From assembly GCA_040769165.1 (NCBI GenBank), contig JAXGLP010000001.1, positions 2,284,275-2,348,274 of the forward strand: a stretch of DNA of 64,000 nucleotides, written 5' to 3'. Both the position numbers and the translations under genes were made by a program. This document shows positions 30,301-39,053 of the stretch, piece after piece. Numbering within the stretch: position 1 is the first letter of the stretch; every line of letters begins with the position of its first letter. The DNA comes from Armatimonadota bacterium. Lineage in GTDB: Bacteria; Armatimonadota; UBA5829; DSUL01. The notes under the pieces were generated by a model that was not told the DNA's origin, did not search any database, and worked only from the letters and a program-made list of their open reading frames with translations.

Positions 30301-32124
30301 CATGGCCTCGACGAACTGCTCGAACTTCTCCCAGAACCGGGGCGTGTCCTGTGTGAGCCAGGACGGGGTGCAGCCGTACATCTGGAAGTAGCTGCCCCGC
30401 GCCTTGCCCGGGATGAGCGATGGAAGCCTGGCGTCGCCCGCAGACCAGTCGTAGACGTTCGGGCCATCGCCCGGGTCGTCCGGCTGCACCTGCGGCCACG
30501 AGTACCCGAGCGACCCCGTCCGGTTGATGACGTCGAGATCGGTCTGGATCATCCTCTGCACTTCGGCGGCGGGCCCGACGTCGTCGCCGCCCGCGGCCAG
30601 CGGCCCGCCGATCATGGACATTGCGAGGAGAAGGTCCGCGAGAGCCGGCTCAGCCGGCGTCGTGAACGTGCGCACGGACGATTGCGCCGCGATGATGTCG
30701 GGCGACGCGCCGAAGACGTAGAACTCGTATGTAGCGCCGAGATCGAGGCCGGTGATGGTCACCGAGTGGCTGAGCAACGGAGACGCGCCAGATGGGCGGT
30801 AATACAGGCGGTTGTCGGCGGTCGCGTGGCTGGTGCTCCAGGAGACTGTGCAGATTCGCCCGGTCTGCGGCTCGACAGCCGCCGTGACCGCGCTGAAGCT
30901 TAGCGCGGGTGCCTCGAAGGTCTGATCGGCGGAGTACTCCTCCACGCCACCCGGCGCTGTTGCCTGCGCGCGATAGTGGAAGGCCGTCGGCGAGGGAGCA
31001 ACGTCCACGATGGTGACGGCGTGGATGGTTCTGAGTTCCGCGTCCAGCGGGGTGCTGGCGCCGTAGGCCGCCGTCGGCCCCCAGTCGAGCATGGTGGTGA
31101 CGGGGACGTCCGTCTGGTAGGTGATCGTGACATCGTAGGCGCCGCCGTTGATGACGCGGGAGGCCTGGAAGCCGGAGAACGTGACCGCGGGCTGAGCCTT
31201 GGCCATCAGCCTGAGCGCATCGAAGTGAGCGAACGACGCGCCATCGTAGTTGTCCGAGCGGAGGTTGGCGTAGAGCGTAACCGACCCGCTCGCGCAGTTC
31301 ACCGTTCCGGAAGCGAGCTGCCATGTGCCCTCGGATCCGGGGCTATACTGGCGGAAGATGGTTGTGCCCGATGGCGGGACGCCAGCGGCGTGCGCGCCGT
31401 CGCGGGCGATGATCTCGACAAGATGCCTGTCGTGAAAGGTGGTGGCGTTGAAAAGCCAGGAGACCCATGCCGACACGTCGTATTCGCCGGGCGCGAGTCC
31501 GGACACGGTCTGGTAGATTCCGCCGTAGCAGCTCCGCCAGCCTTCGTCCATACCCGCGCGGTGCTGCCCGTCCTTGAAGGCGGGAGTGGGCGCGGCTGTC
31601 GGACGGTCCTTCTGGATGGTGATATGGTCGGGATTGTTCGAGCCCGCGGGCGTCCAGGGATAGATCTCCCACCCGTGCCAGCCGTCGGGCTCCTCGGCGC
31701 CCCAGCCCTGTCCGGTGACGGCATGCCAGGTCTCCAGGCTGCCGTTCGTGAGCAGGTTTTCTCCGGTGCGGAACTCGACAGGGGCGGAGGCGACGCCGTC
31801 CGAGACGACGTAGACGTAGTAATTCGCGCCGGGGGTGAGGCCCGTGAGGAGCGCCTCGTGTCTCGTGCCGGCGGCTGCATCCTGCGCGGTCACGAGCCAC
31901 GGCCCGGCGGAACCGGGCCCGGCGAAGGCGGCGTTTGAAGCCGTTGCGGTATCTGTTTTCCAGTAAACGACGGCGCTGACGGGCTGGCCCCCGCCCGGGG
32001 GGTCCACCGGGGCGAGGACGGGGCCGTACGTGATGGTGGCGGCCTGCGACAGACCCGCGGCAAGAGAGATGCCGAACGCCATGAACAGGACGGCTCGGAG
32101 GACACCGGACATCTGCGGGAGCAT
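27358..32124 (-). CDS. Large secreted multidomain glycoside hydrolase (clan GH-A catalytic core, FN3/PAP-like, CBM-like and CarboxypepD_reg-like domains), 1588 aa
   Basis: Signal peptide MLPQMSGVLRAVLFMAFGISLAAGLSQAA. An FN3/purple-acid-phosphatase-N-like segment (GANYYVYVV). A TFENEPN motif (acid/base Glu of GH-A TIM-barrel hydrolases) and a later YVSEGWG (nucleophile candidate). A CarboxypepD_reg-like segment (GTVRGYTLDEEQQPVPNCLVRSTTGGCQTVSDGHGFYELANVPCGTYDFVCRKTGYVP). Confidence 0.7.
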   Translation of the reverse strand: MLPQMSGVLRAVLFMAFGISLAAGLSQAATITYGPVLAPVDPPGGGQPVSAVVYWKTDTATASNAAFAGPGSAGPWLVTAQDAAAGTRHEALLTGLTPGANYYVYVVSDGVASAPVEFRTGENLLTNGSLETWHAVTGQGWGAEEPDGWHGWEIYPWTPAGSNNPDHITIQKDRPTAAPTPAFKDGQHRAGMDEGWRSCYGGIYQTVSGLAPGEYDVSAWVSWLFNATTFHDRHLVEIIARDGAHAAGVPPSGTTIFRQYSPGSEGTWQLASGTVNCASGSVTLYANLRSDNYDGASFAHFDALRLMAKAQPAVTFSGFQASRVINGGAYDVTITYQTDVPVTTMLDWGPTAAYGASTPLDAELRTIHAVTIVDVAPSPTAFHYRAQATAPGGVEEYSADQTFEAPALSFSAVTAAVEPQTGRICTVSWSTSHATADNRLYYRPSGASPLLSHSVTITGLDLGATYEFYVFGASPDIIAAQSSVRTFTTPAEPALADLLLAMSMIGGPLAAGGDDVGPAAEVQRMIQTDLDVINRTGSLGYSWPQVQPDDPGDGPNVYDWSAGDARLPSLIPGKARGSYFQMYGCTPSWLTQDTPRFWEKFEQFVEAMTIHINQVWGDVDYTFENEPNISRAPSGWNWADWYIHCLQHFYVAVHRADAVTGRTNRVIAGNLAGHSAGGFAELYARGLKNCSDVLGYHPYPYDLRDGLEVADLAQIHAIQEQYGDAAKKIYVSEGWGSGRSAGFDRSSPTIPPPAEEVENMYLAMVNGWDNVMTPRQHWDPAYLDGMSFFCGNDNWGARKWRSRAVPVKDSSGNITGFMVDGYHMTPDIAPQFWNGGMLDWYGNSKDCLLHVFPGNGLVFMNPGFELASSPPRAHQPHFWKTPVDPAPASDYSLDDSVCHGGSRSLKLSRASAGSAYVSQMTAKRTVLPGLPYTARVWVKTGDSPSLAARFYLLFASLDGTQKSAPVFAQDVPGASGWRQVEVTASAPSFASRAETGCILTGAGTAWFDDVTISLAGQDETGTVRGYTLDEEQQPVPNCLVRSTTGGCQTVSDGHGFYELANVPCGTYDFVCRKTGYVPSRITNQTVAAGKLTLVSYHMGIVKPGLTVTDVSAAAPLALAGTQTAVTVTVRNEKPYPVMVSEVGCFIESGGADATGDFGVSPSPANPKVIPPLSALPFSFALSPEPSAAGRQFSVNAYAFGQEDRPNLLANGGFDFADPFYHWGMWGSSSVCNWIADSAEYVSAPRSLKNVASDPGGDRFNWAGNYSAWGAGAVPAKPDTNYIVGAYHKDITSGRVALNLYIEEFYYDGSSHFYNGRHFAAVPRRSVWANDSMIYLTGDPAETPGLYATNRLRVSVGSYIGEAGASTTAWWDDVYLKEEGDWLADDRADEGADVIVPREVSSIAEARSAAPGEFIRIAALVVTAGDGVFDGRIYAEQADRAAGVLLIPASGPLPPSGASVTVAGRVGALDGEPAIDQATITQTGEPGLPLPLSLNARATAHGGVTTLGLLVTLGGRVSYSSPDGAWFTVDDGSEVSDGAGHRGLKVLLPPGAMAPLEGAPVAVTGISSCANSGALPVLRVRSAEDVRAN

Positions 32125-32228
32125 GCGATTCCCCTTTCGCGCACGAACGCGCCCGCGACGGCGCGGAACGGTTCAGTGCAGTGGAGCCATGATCCGCGGA
32201 CGGGGCCGTCCTGTCAACCCACGCCGGG

Positions 32229-33287
32229 CTACGCCCCGGTGAGGAAGTCCAGGATTTCGCTCAGGCTGAAGTCCACGCCGCACATCGTCTCGTCGGCGGC
32301 GCCGTAGTAAACGCTGAGGCAATCGCCATCAACGAGCGCGCCGCAGGTGAAGACGACGTTGTTTACGAAGCCGTTGGCCTCGTACGGGGCATCCGGCCGC
32401 AGGATCGGGCCCGCGCCCTTGGCGACCAGCAACTCGGGGCGATCCGCGTCGAGCAGCAGCGCCCCCAGGCAGTAGTGATCGGTTCCGGTGGCGGCGTGGT
32501 AGATTTCGAGCCAGCCGCGTTCTGTGAGAATCGGCACCGCGCCGCCGCCCACGCGCCCGCTGTCCCAGCCGGACGTGCTTCGTCCGAGCAGGAAATGATG
32601 CTCGCCGAGGCTCATCGGGTCCGGGCCATACGCCACCCACATGGACGGCCCGGCGAGCATTCCGCCGAGCGGCCTGTGGAGCGCGGCGAAGCGCCCGCGA
32701 ATCTTCTCGGGAAACAGCATCGCGTCCATGTTCTCGGGCGGGAAGATGATGCCGGGCTTCTCGAACGTGACAAAGTCGCGCGTGGTTGCCAGGCTCTGCA
32801 CGACGCCATCCGGCGAGACGGCTTTGTAAACGATGTAGTACGTATCCCCGAGCTTTGTGATCCGGGGGTCTTCGAGCCCGTAGCGCTCGCTGGGGCGGCC
32901 GGGCATGAGGGCGGGGGTTTCGTCCACGGTGAAGCCGCGGCCGTCCCTGCTTCGCGCCAGGCGCAGATGGGAAATGGACGTGAGCATGGTCCCGTCGGGG
33001 AAACCGACAACCCTCGGGTCGCTGAAGTTGATGTCGGGGTCGTCGCGGCGGCATTCGCGGACGGCGATGCGGGCGTCCGGCCCATCGCAGACGAGGTACG
33101 GCACGCGGCAGATGGCCGGATCGGGCGAGACAGGCCTCTCGGCAACGCGCATGAGCATCAGCACTTCGCCTTCGTGACGGATGACGCCGGCGTTGAACGA
33201 TCCGATGACTTCGAAGTCGGGACGCGAGGGCTTCACGTCCTTCGGGGTCACAAGCGGGTTTTCGGCGTATCGGACAGGTCTGATCAC
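32229..33287 (-). CDS. GH130-family glycoside phosphorylase/hydrolase (beta-mannoside phosphorylase-like, DUF377)
   Basis: YAENPLV, FNAGVI, GLEDPRI and the C-terminal VFTCGALVDGDCLSVYYGAADETMCGVDF are typical GH130 five-bladed beta-propeller motifs. Confidence 0.75.
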   Translation of the reverse strand: MIRPVRYAENPLVTPKDVKPSRPDFEVIGSFNAGVIRHEGEVLMLMRVAERPVSPDPAICRVPYLVCDGPDARIAVRECRRDDPDINFSDPRVVGFPDGTMLTSISHLRLARSRDGRGFTVDETPALMPGRPSERYGLEDPRITKLGDTYYIVYKAVSPDGVVQSLATTRDFVTFEKPGIIFPPENMDAMLFPEKIRGRFAALHRPLGGMLAGPSMWVAYGPDPMSLGEHHFLLGRSTSGWDSGRVGGGAVPILTERGWLEIYHAATGTDHYCLGALLLDADRPELLVAKGAGPILRPDAPYEANGFVNNVVFTCGALVDGDCLSVYYGAADETMCGVDFSLSEILDFLTGA

Positions 33288-33458
33288 GGTTGGGCCTTTC
33301 TCGGAGATCGTGCTTTCGAGGCGGTATTCGGCGGCGGCGGCGGGAAAGCCTGCGCGCTGTTTGGCCGGCTGGTAGAATTACCGGTTTTTGGCCGAAATGG
33401 CCCGAAAGCCCGCTGAAATCGGGGGTCCGGGCGTTTTTGTGAAGGCAACAACGCGGTT

Positions 33459-33474
33459 TGGCACGTTTCTTGCA
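33459..33474 (+). promoter_or_regulatory. Sigma-54 (RpoN) promoter consensus TGGCAC-N5-TTGCA, ~130 bp upstream of the REC-PilZ gene
   Basis: tggcacgtttcttgca matches the -24/-12 consensus exactly (GG and GC at the correct spacing). Its orientation fits the downstream plus-strand gene. Confidence 0.5.
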
Positions 33475-33602
33475 GTTAATAAGGTGAAGGGCCTGTGCGA
33501 CACAGCGCCGGGCCCGCAATTTCGCTATTGGATTGACGACGCGGCAAAGCGCGTCGGGGTGTTCGTTCACCAGCAGGCTGTCAAGGAGGCAAGGCCACTT
33601 GT

Positions 33603-34608
33603 GATACTCTCACGCGGAAATATTCTTGTTGTAGACGACGAGGTAAACCTCTGTCGTATCCTTGACGCCAAACTCACCAAGAGCGGTTACCAGGTCGTGA
33701 CTGTCCATGACGGACTTCAGGCCGTGGAGAAAGTTCAGGAGCGGCAGTTCGACCTCGTGCTGCTCGACCTCATCCTGCCCAAGCTCGACGGACTGGAAGC
33801 GCTCGAGAAGATCAGAAAGATCAACGCCGAGCTTCCGGTCATCATCATGACCGCCTGCGAGAACACCGACGCCGTCACCCGCGCCCGCTCGCAGGGCGCC
33901 GCCGCGTTCGTTAGCAAGCCGTTCGACCTCGACCGCCTGGTGATGCTGGTCCAGAACACGTCGAGCGAAGGCCGCTCGATTTCTTCCGAGACGACGGTGA
34001 TGGACGGATCGGGCATCTTCCGCAAGAACCAGATTCTCACCATCGAGGCCCCGGAGCAGGGCGCCGAGACGGTGAAAGCAAGGCTCGAAGAGCGCACCGA
34101 CGCCACACTCTCGCTCGCACTTCTTGACGCGTCGCAGGCCGGGCTGATTCCGGCGTCGGGAGACGTGCAGGTCTACATTCCCGCCCCTGACGCGCTGTAC
34201 AGGTTCACGACGGCAGTTCTGGGGAACGGCGGCGACGGGTGCGTGGCGCTGTCACTGCCGCAGCTTATGTACCGTGTCCAGCGCCGCAAGAGCCCGCGCC
34301 TCGGGCTTAAGGCGCCGATCACCTGCCGAGAGCCGGGCGCGCGCAGCCAGCGCAAAGGCTACACCGAGGACATCGGACTCGAGGGGATGAGCATCGTTAT
34401 TCCGGCGGAGGTGGCTCCGGGCAAGACGCTCAAGATCGAGTCGGGCGCGGTGCTTCACCTGGACAGCGTGCGCTGCGCCGGCGAAGTTCTTCGCTGTGAG
34501 CCTGTTCACAGCGGCGGACGCGACCAGTGGAAGGTCGCGCTGAAGTTCACGGAGCCCGACCCCAACCTGCGCAGGGCGATTCTGCAGCACCTCGCGCTCT
34601 CCGGATAG
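33603..34608 (+). CDS. Response-regulator receiver domain fused to a PilZ-like c-di-GMP-binding domain (orphan regulator)
   Basis: REC: ILVVDDEVNLCRILDAKLTKSGYQVV...DLVLLDLILPKLDGLEALEKIRK...FVSKPFDL. C-terminus: RVQRRKSPRL (RxxxR) and EDIGLEGMSI (DxSxGG-like), the PilZ motifs. GTG start chosen at 33603. The ORF-track upstream extension is non-coding-like. Confidence 0.7.
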
Positions 34609-34748
34609 ACGCAGCCCGGACGGGCGCCTGGGTCTCCTTTCTTTTCGCGCGCCGCCCTGTCGAGGGCGGCGCGCTTGCTGTACTAGGCCCCGGCGGGAAC
34701 CGGCGTTCTGGTATCGGGCAGGCGCGATGTGGTATCATCTGCCCCGGA

Positions 34749-35723
34749 ATGAGCGCACCCGAAACAGATTCCCCCATCACCGGCGGCACACAGAGCGCGG
34801 GCGCGCATCAGGGCGGCGGCGCGGACCCGCACGGAGCCGCTCGCGCGCCGCTGAGCAGGCCACAGGCGTTCGTTCGAGCGCTGCGCCCCAAGCAGTGGTC
34901 CAAGAACCTGTTCGTGTTCGCCGGGCTGATCTTCGCGGGGGAGATGCGCAATATGGAGGCTGTGGGCCTGACGCTTGCCGCGTTCGCCTGCTTCTGCGCG
35001 CTGTCTTCGGCCGTGTACCTGGTCAACGACGTCGCGGACAGAGAGCGCGACCGGCTGCATCCGCGCAAGCGATTCCGCCCCATCGCCAGCGGCGACCTGC
35101 CGGTTGGAGCGGCGCTGATGGCCTTTGCCGTGCTGTCGGCAGGGGGAATCGCCGCGGCCGCTTTCATCGGATGGAAGTTCGCGCTGATCGCGGCGGGGTA
35201 CTGGCTGTTGATGCTCGCGTACACGTTTGTGCTGAAGCACGAGGTGATTCTGGACGTGTTCGCGATTGCGGCGGGATTCGTGCTGCGGGCGCTCGCGGGC
35301 GCGGTGGCGATTGACGTGAAGATATCGTCGTGGCTCATCATCTGCACGACGTTCGCGGCGCTGTTTCTGGCCCTCAGCAAGCGGCGCGCCGAGCTTGCCA
35401 CCATCGGCGACAACAACTACGAACAGCGGCGGTCTCTGGAGCACTACAGCATCGGCTTCATTGACCAGATGATCAGCGTCGTGACAGCCGCCACGCTAGT
35501 CTGCTACATGCTCTACACGGCACAGTCGGAGACGGCGATGCGGCACAGCGGCCTGATGTTCACGATCCCGTTCGTGCTGTACGGCATCTTCCGCTATCTG
35601 TATCTGGTGTACCGCAAGGAGCAGGGCGAGACCCCGGAGCAGATGATTGTGGAAGACCGTCCCCTGCTCGTGAACCTGCTGCTATGGGCGGCGCTTTCGG
35701 CGCTGATTATGTGGAGAACCTGA
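34749..35723 (+). CDS. UbiA-family prenyltransferase, decaprenyl-phosphate phosphoribosyltransferase-like
   Basis: QWSKNLFVFAGLIF and NDVADRERDRLHPRKRFRPIASG (aspartate-rich motif), with ~8 transmembrane segments. Start taken at MSAPETDS. Confidence 0.7.
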   Translation: MSAPETDSPITGGTQSAGAHQGGGADPHGAARAPLSRPQAFVRALRPKQWSKNLFVFAGLIFAGEMRNMEAVGLTLAAFACFCALSSAVYLVNDVADRERDRLHPRKRFRPIASGDLPVGAALMAFAVLSAGGIAAAAFIGWKFALIAAGYWLLMLAYTFVLKHEVILDVFAIAAGFVLRALAGAVAIDVKISSWLIICTTFAALFLALSKRRAELATIGDNNYEQRRSLEHYSIGFIDQMISVVTAATLVCYMLYTAQSETAMRHSGLMFTIPFVLYGIFRYLYLVYRKEQGETPEQMIVEDRPLLVNLLLWAALSALIMWRT

Positions 35724-35728
35724 CACGG

Positions 35729-36838
35729 ATGAAGATCGCCTTTGTGGGCACGCGCGGCGTGCCGGCCAGCTACAGCGGGTTCGAGACCTTCGTGGAGGAG
35801 CTTGGAGCCCGTCTGGCCGAGCGCGGGCATGAGGTGGTCGTCTATTGCCGCTCGCACCACATTAAGTACGAAGGCCGTGAGTATCGCGGGATGCGTCTGG
35901 TGAAGCTCTGGACGCTGGCCAACAAGTATCTGGACACGATGGTACACAGCCTGCTCTCGATGTTTCACGCGGTCGTTCGAGAGAGGCCGGACGTCATCTA
36001 TGTCTGCGGGCAGGGAAACGCCCTGACGCTGCTCATCCCGAAGATCTACGGCATTCCGGCGATTATCAACGTGGACGGCCCGGACTGGGAGCGGCAGAAG
36101 TGGGGGCGCTTCGCGAGCTGGTTCCTGAAGAAGTCGGAAAAGGTGGCGGTGGACCTGGCCAACGTCGTGATCGCCGACTCGCGGGCGGTTCAGGACTACT
36201 ACAGGCGCAACTACAACGCGGACACGACGTTCATTGCCTACGGCGCGGACATCCCCTCCGAGCGCCCGGGCAACGGCACGCTCGAGAAGTTCGGGCTGAA
36301 GGATCGCGACTACTTCCTGTTCGTGGGCCGGCTGGTTCCGGAGAACTGCGCGGACCATCTGGTGCGGGCGTTCGAGAAGCTGAAGACGGACAAGAAGTGC
36401 GTGGTTGTGGGCGACGCGCCTTACGCCGAGAGCTACATCGCGTCGTTGAAGGCGACGGACAATCCGAACGTGATCTTCACGGGGTATGTGTTCGGCGACG
36501 GCTACCGCGAGCTTGGCAGCCACGCGTACGTTCACTGTCTCACGAGCGAGGTGGGCGGCACGCATCCGGCGCTCGTCGAGGCGATGGCGTTCGGCAACTG
36601 CGTTATCGTGAACGACATCCCGACAAACCTCGAGACGATAGGCGACGCGGGGATATCGTACAAAGGGCGCGAAGGCGCGGAGTCGCTTGCTGAAGCGCTG
36701 CAGTGGACGCTCGACCATCCCGAGGAGGTAGAAGCGTTGCGCGGCAAGGCGCGCGAGCGGGTGCGGACCGAGTACTCGTGGGACGTGATCACGGGCCGGT
36801 ACGAGGAGCTGTTCGGGCGGCTCGTCAAGGGCAGCTGA
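35729..36838 (+). CDS. GT4-family glycosyltransferase
   Basis: MKIAFVGTRGVPASYSGFETFVEEL is the N-terminal Rossmann domain. The C-terminal EVGGTHPALVEAMAFGNCVIV matches the GT4 E-x7-E region. Confidence 0.8.
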   Translation: MKIAFVGTRGVPASYSGFETFVEELGARLAERGHEVVVYCRSHHIKYEGREYRGMRLVKLWTLANKYLDTMVHSLLSMFHAVVRERPDVIYVCGQGNALTLLIPKIYGIPAIINVDGPDWERQKWGRFASWFLKKSEKVAVDLANVVIADSRAVQDYYRRNYNADTTFIAYGADIPSERPGNGTLEKFGLKDRDYFLFVGRLVPENCADHLVRAFEKLKTDKKCVVVGDAPYAESYIASLKATDNPNVIFTGYVFGDGYRELGSHAYVHCLTSEVGGTHPALVEAMAFGNCVIVNDIPTNLETIGDAGISYKGREGAESLAEALQWTLDHPEEVEALRGKARERVRTEYSWDVITGRYEELFGRLVKGS

Positions 36839-36889
36839 GCGCTCGCGCGGCGATCCGCCTCTCTTCTTTCACTCGAAACGAGGTGATCT

Positions 36890-38257
36890 GTGAGATACCT
36901 GATTGCGACGGCGGTTCTTCTCGGGTCTTGCACAATGGCGGCGGCAGCCGGCGGCGCTCCGGCAAAGAGCGCCGGCCCGGTTCAGACCGCGCGCCTTTCG
37001 GGCGGGCAGGAGGTGAAGATGGACTTCGGCTTCGAGATTCCGGCCGAATATGCCCGGAGGGCGGCTGAGGGCATCGAACGCTGCCGGAAGGGCAAGGCGA
37101 CGGTAAAGGTCGTGGATGCCGCCGGAGAGCCCGTCGCCGGAGCAAGGGTCAGGGCGCGTCAGACCTCGCACGATTTCCTGTTCGGCTGCGCGTTTCCATC
37201 GTGGGACATCTCGAAGAAAGAGCCAAACCCGCAGGACTGGGCGAAGTTCGAGAAGCACTTCGTGAAGCTGTTCAACTACGCGACGACGGAGAACATGCTG
37301 AAGTGGCGGTATCTGGAGCGCACGGAGGGCAGTCCGGACTACACGATGGCCGACAACTTTGTGGCGTGGTGTCGGAAGCACGGCATCAGGATCAAGGGGC
37401 ATACGCTCGTGTGGGGCACGAGCAATGGCGGATTCCCGGACTGGCTGCAGAAGTACCCGCCGGAAGAGATTGCGCGGAAGACCGAGAAGCGGGTCCGGGA
37501 AATGGTCGCCCGCTACAAGGGGAAGATCGACATCTGGGACGTGATCAACGAGCCGCTGCATTTGCGCTGGTTCGAGGAGAAGATGGGCGCGGACTACGAG
37601 GTCAGGGCGCTGAAGTGGGCCCAGGAGGCGAACCCGGACGCGCTTCTGCTGGTCAACGAGTTCGGAAGTCAGTGGGGGGAGGCGGACGCATTCTCGAAGC
37701 ACGCAAGCGATCTCATTGCCAGAGGAGCCCCAATCGGCGCCATCGGCGAACAGCATCACGAACCGCCGCGCATCGCAACGCCACAACAGGTTTTCGCGAT
37801 GCTGGCCAAGTTGGGCGAGGCGCGCAGGGACATCCATCTGACGGAGATCATCATGCCCTCGAACGGCGCGCAGGTGGAGTCGGAGCTTATGAAAGGCAAC
37901 AGGACTCCGGAGACGCAGGGCCGGTACTACCGCTATCTCTATACCCTCGCCTTCAGCCACCCGCAGGTCCGGGCGATTACGCTGTGGGCGATGTGGGACG
38001 GGTCGTCGTGGTTCGATCAGGGCGGTATCATATCGAAGGACTGGACGCTGAAGCCGGCCTACCGGGAGCTGGACTCGCTGATCAACAGGGAATGGCGGAC
38101 AAATGCATCGGGCAGGACGTCGCCAACAGGCGAGTTCGATTTCCGGGGCTTTAAGGGCGAGTACAGAATCGAAGTCTCCGAGGGCGGCAGGACGGCCAAG
38201 GGCACCCTGCGGATCGGGGATGCCGAGGGCGGGGAGGTGACGGTACGGCTGAAGTGA
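36890..38257 (+). CDS. GH10-family glycoside hydrolase (endo-1,4-beta-xylanase-like), a probable lipoprotein
   Basis: Lipobox LLGSC in the signal peptide, WDVINEP (acid/base Glu), and HLTEIIM (nucleophile Glu, equivalent to the ITELD motif). Confidence 0.75.
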   Translation: MRYLIATAVLLGSCTMAAAAGGAPAKSAGPVQTARLSGGQEVKMDFGFEIPAEYARRAAEGIERCRKGKATVKVVDAAGEPVAGARVRARQTSHDFLFGCAFPSWDISKKEPNPQDWAKFEKHFVKLFNYATTENMLKWRYLERTEGSPDYTMADNFVAWCRKHGIRIKGHTLVWGTSNGGFPDWLQKYPPEEIARKTEKRVREMVARYKGKIDIWDVINEPLHLRWFEEKMGADYEVRALKWAQEANPDALLLVNEFGSQWGEADAFSKHASDLIARGAPIGAIGEQHHEPPRIATPQQVFAMLAKLGEARRDIHLTEIIMPSNGAQVESELMKGNRTPETQGRYYRYLYTLAFSHPQVRAITLWAMWDGSSWFDQGGIISKDWTLKPAYRELDSLINREWRTNASGRTSPTGEFDFRGFKGEYRIEVSEGGRTAKGTLRIGDAEGGEVTVRLK

Positions 38258-38985
38258 CGGCCGCAGGCAGCGCGCCAGCGCAACAGCCTGGCATCGGGAC
38301 ATACAACGAGCGCTCGCTGCACGCGGCAATCCGTCAGTGGTATCTGCAGCCGGGCGATGTTGCCGAAGCCGGCGTGGCGGGTTTCGTCGCGGACATTTTG
38401 CGGGACGGCCTGATCATCGAGATTCAGACGCGCAACCTGGGCGCGATGAAGGCGAAGCTGCGGGCGCTGCTGGAAGGCTACAGGCTGCGCGTGGTGTATC
38501 CGATTGCCGTGGAGCGCTGGATCGCGCATATCACGACGGATGGCGAGTTGGTCCGGCGGCGACGGTCGCCGAAACACGGCGGTTGGTTCGATGTCTTCGA
38601 CGAGCTCGTCTCGATATCGCCTAATGTCTGTCACCCGGGCTTCGCGCTGGAAGTGCTTCTGACGCGCGAGGAGGAGATTCGCTGCCGGGACGGCAAGGGA
38701 AGCTGGCGGCGCCAGGGAACGAGCATTCTGGACCGCAGGCTTCTGGAGGTGGTTGACAGAAGGCTGTTTGAGACGCCGGACGATCTGGCGCGGCTTCTGC
38801 CGGAAAGCCTGCCGCGGCAGTTCACATGCCGGGACATTGCGGCGGCGGCTGGCGTCTCGCGCAAGCTGGGTCAGAAGGCGGCCTACTGCCTGCGGAAGAT
38901 GGGCGCGCTGACGCTTGCTCCGCGTACGGGCCGCGAGTATGTCTATGAGCGGGCCGAGTCACCTGACCCGCCTACGCAGGAGTAA
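38254..38985 (+). CDS. Hypothetical protein with a possible PD-(D/E)xK-like N-terminal core and a C-terminal HTH-like segment
   Basis: ADILRDGLIIEIQTRN (D...ExQ/K-like) and RDIAAAAGVSRKLGQKAAYCLRKMG (HTH-like). Overlaps the GH10 stop by 4 bp, suggesting translational coupling. Confidence 0.35.
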   Translation: MTAAGSAPAQQPGIGTYNERSLHAAIRQWYLQPGDVAEAGVAGFVADILRDGLIIEIQTRNLGAMKAKLRALLEGYRLRVVYPIAVERWIAHITTDGELVRRRRSPKHGGWFDVFDELVSISPNVCHPGFALEVLLTREEEIRCRDGKGSWRRQGTSILDRRLLEVVDRRLFETPDDLARLLPESLPRQFTCRDIAAAAGVSRKLGQKAAYCLRKMGALTLAPRTGREYVYERAESPDPPTQE

Positions 38986-39053
38986 TCAGTTGCGATGGTG
39001 AAGAAATGGTGGCAGTCACGCAGGGTCGCCATCCTGCCGGAGAAAACAAACCT

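Noticed and set aside
32329-33570. 413-aa minus-strand ORF overlapping the GH130 gene
   Set aside because: It is an alternate frame of the GH130 locus and Arg/Pro-rich. The GH130 frame carries the family motifs.
33388-33602. N-terminal 72-codon extension of the REC-PilZ ORF
   Set aside because: The receiver domain begins at ILVVDDE. The upstream portion contains the sigma-54 promoter and reads as non-coding.
36869-38329. 486-aa minus-strand ORF
   Set aside because: Antisense to the GH10 gene, which has WDVINEP and TEI catalytic motifs.
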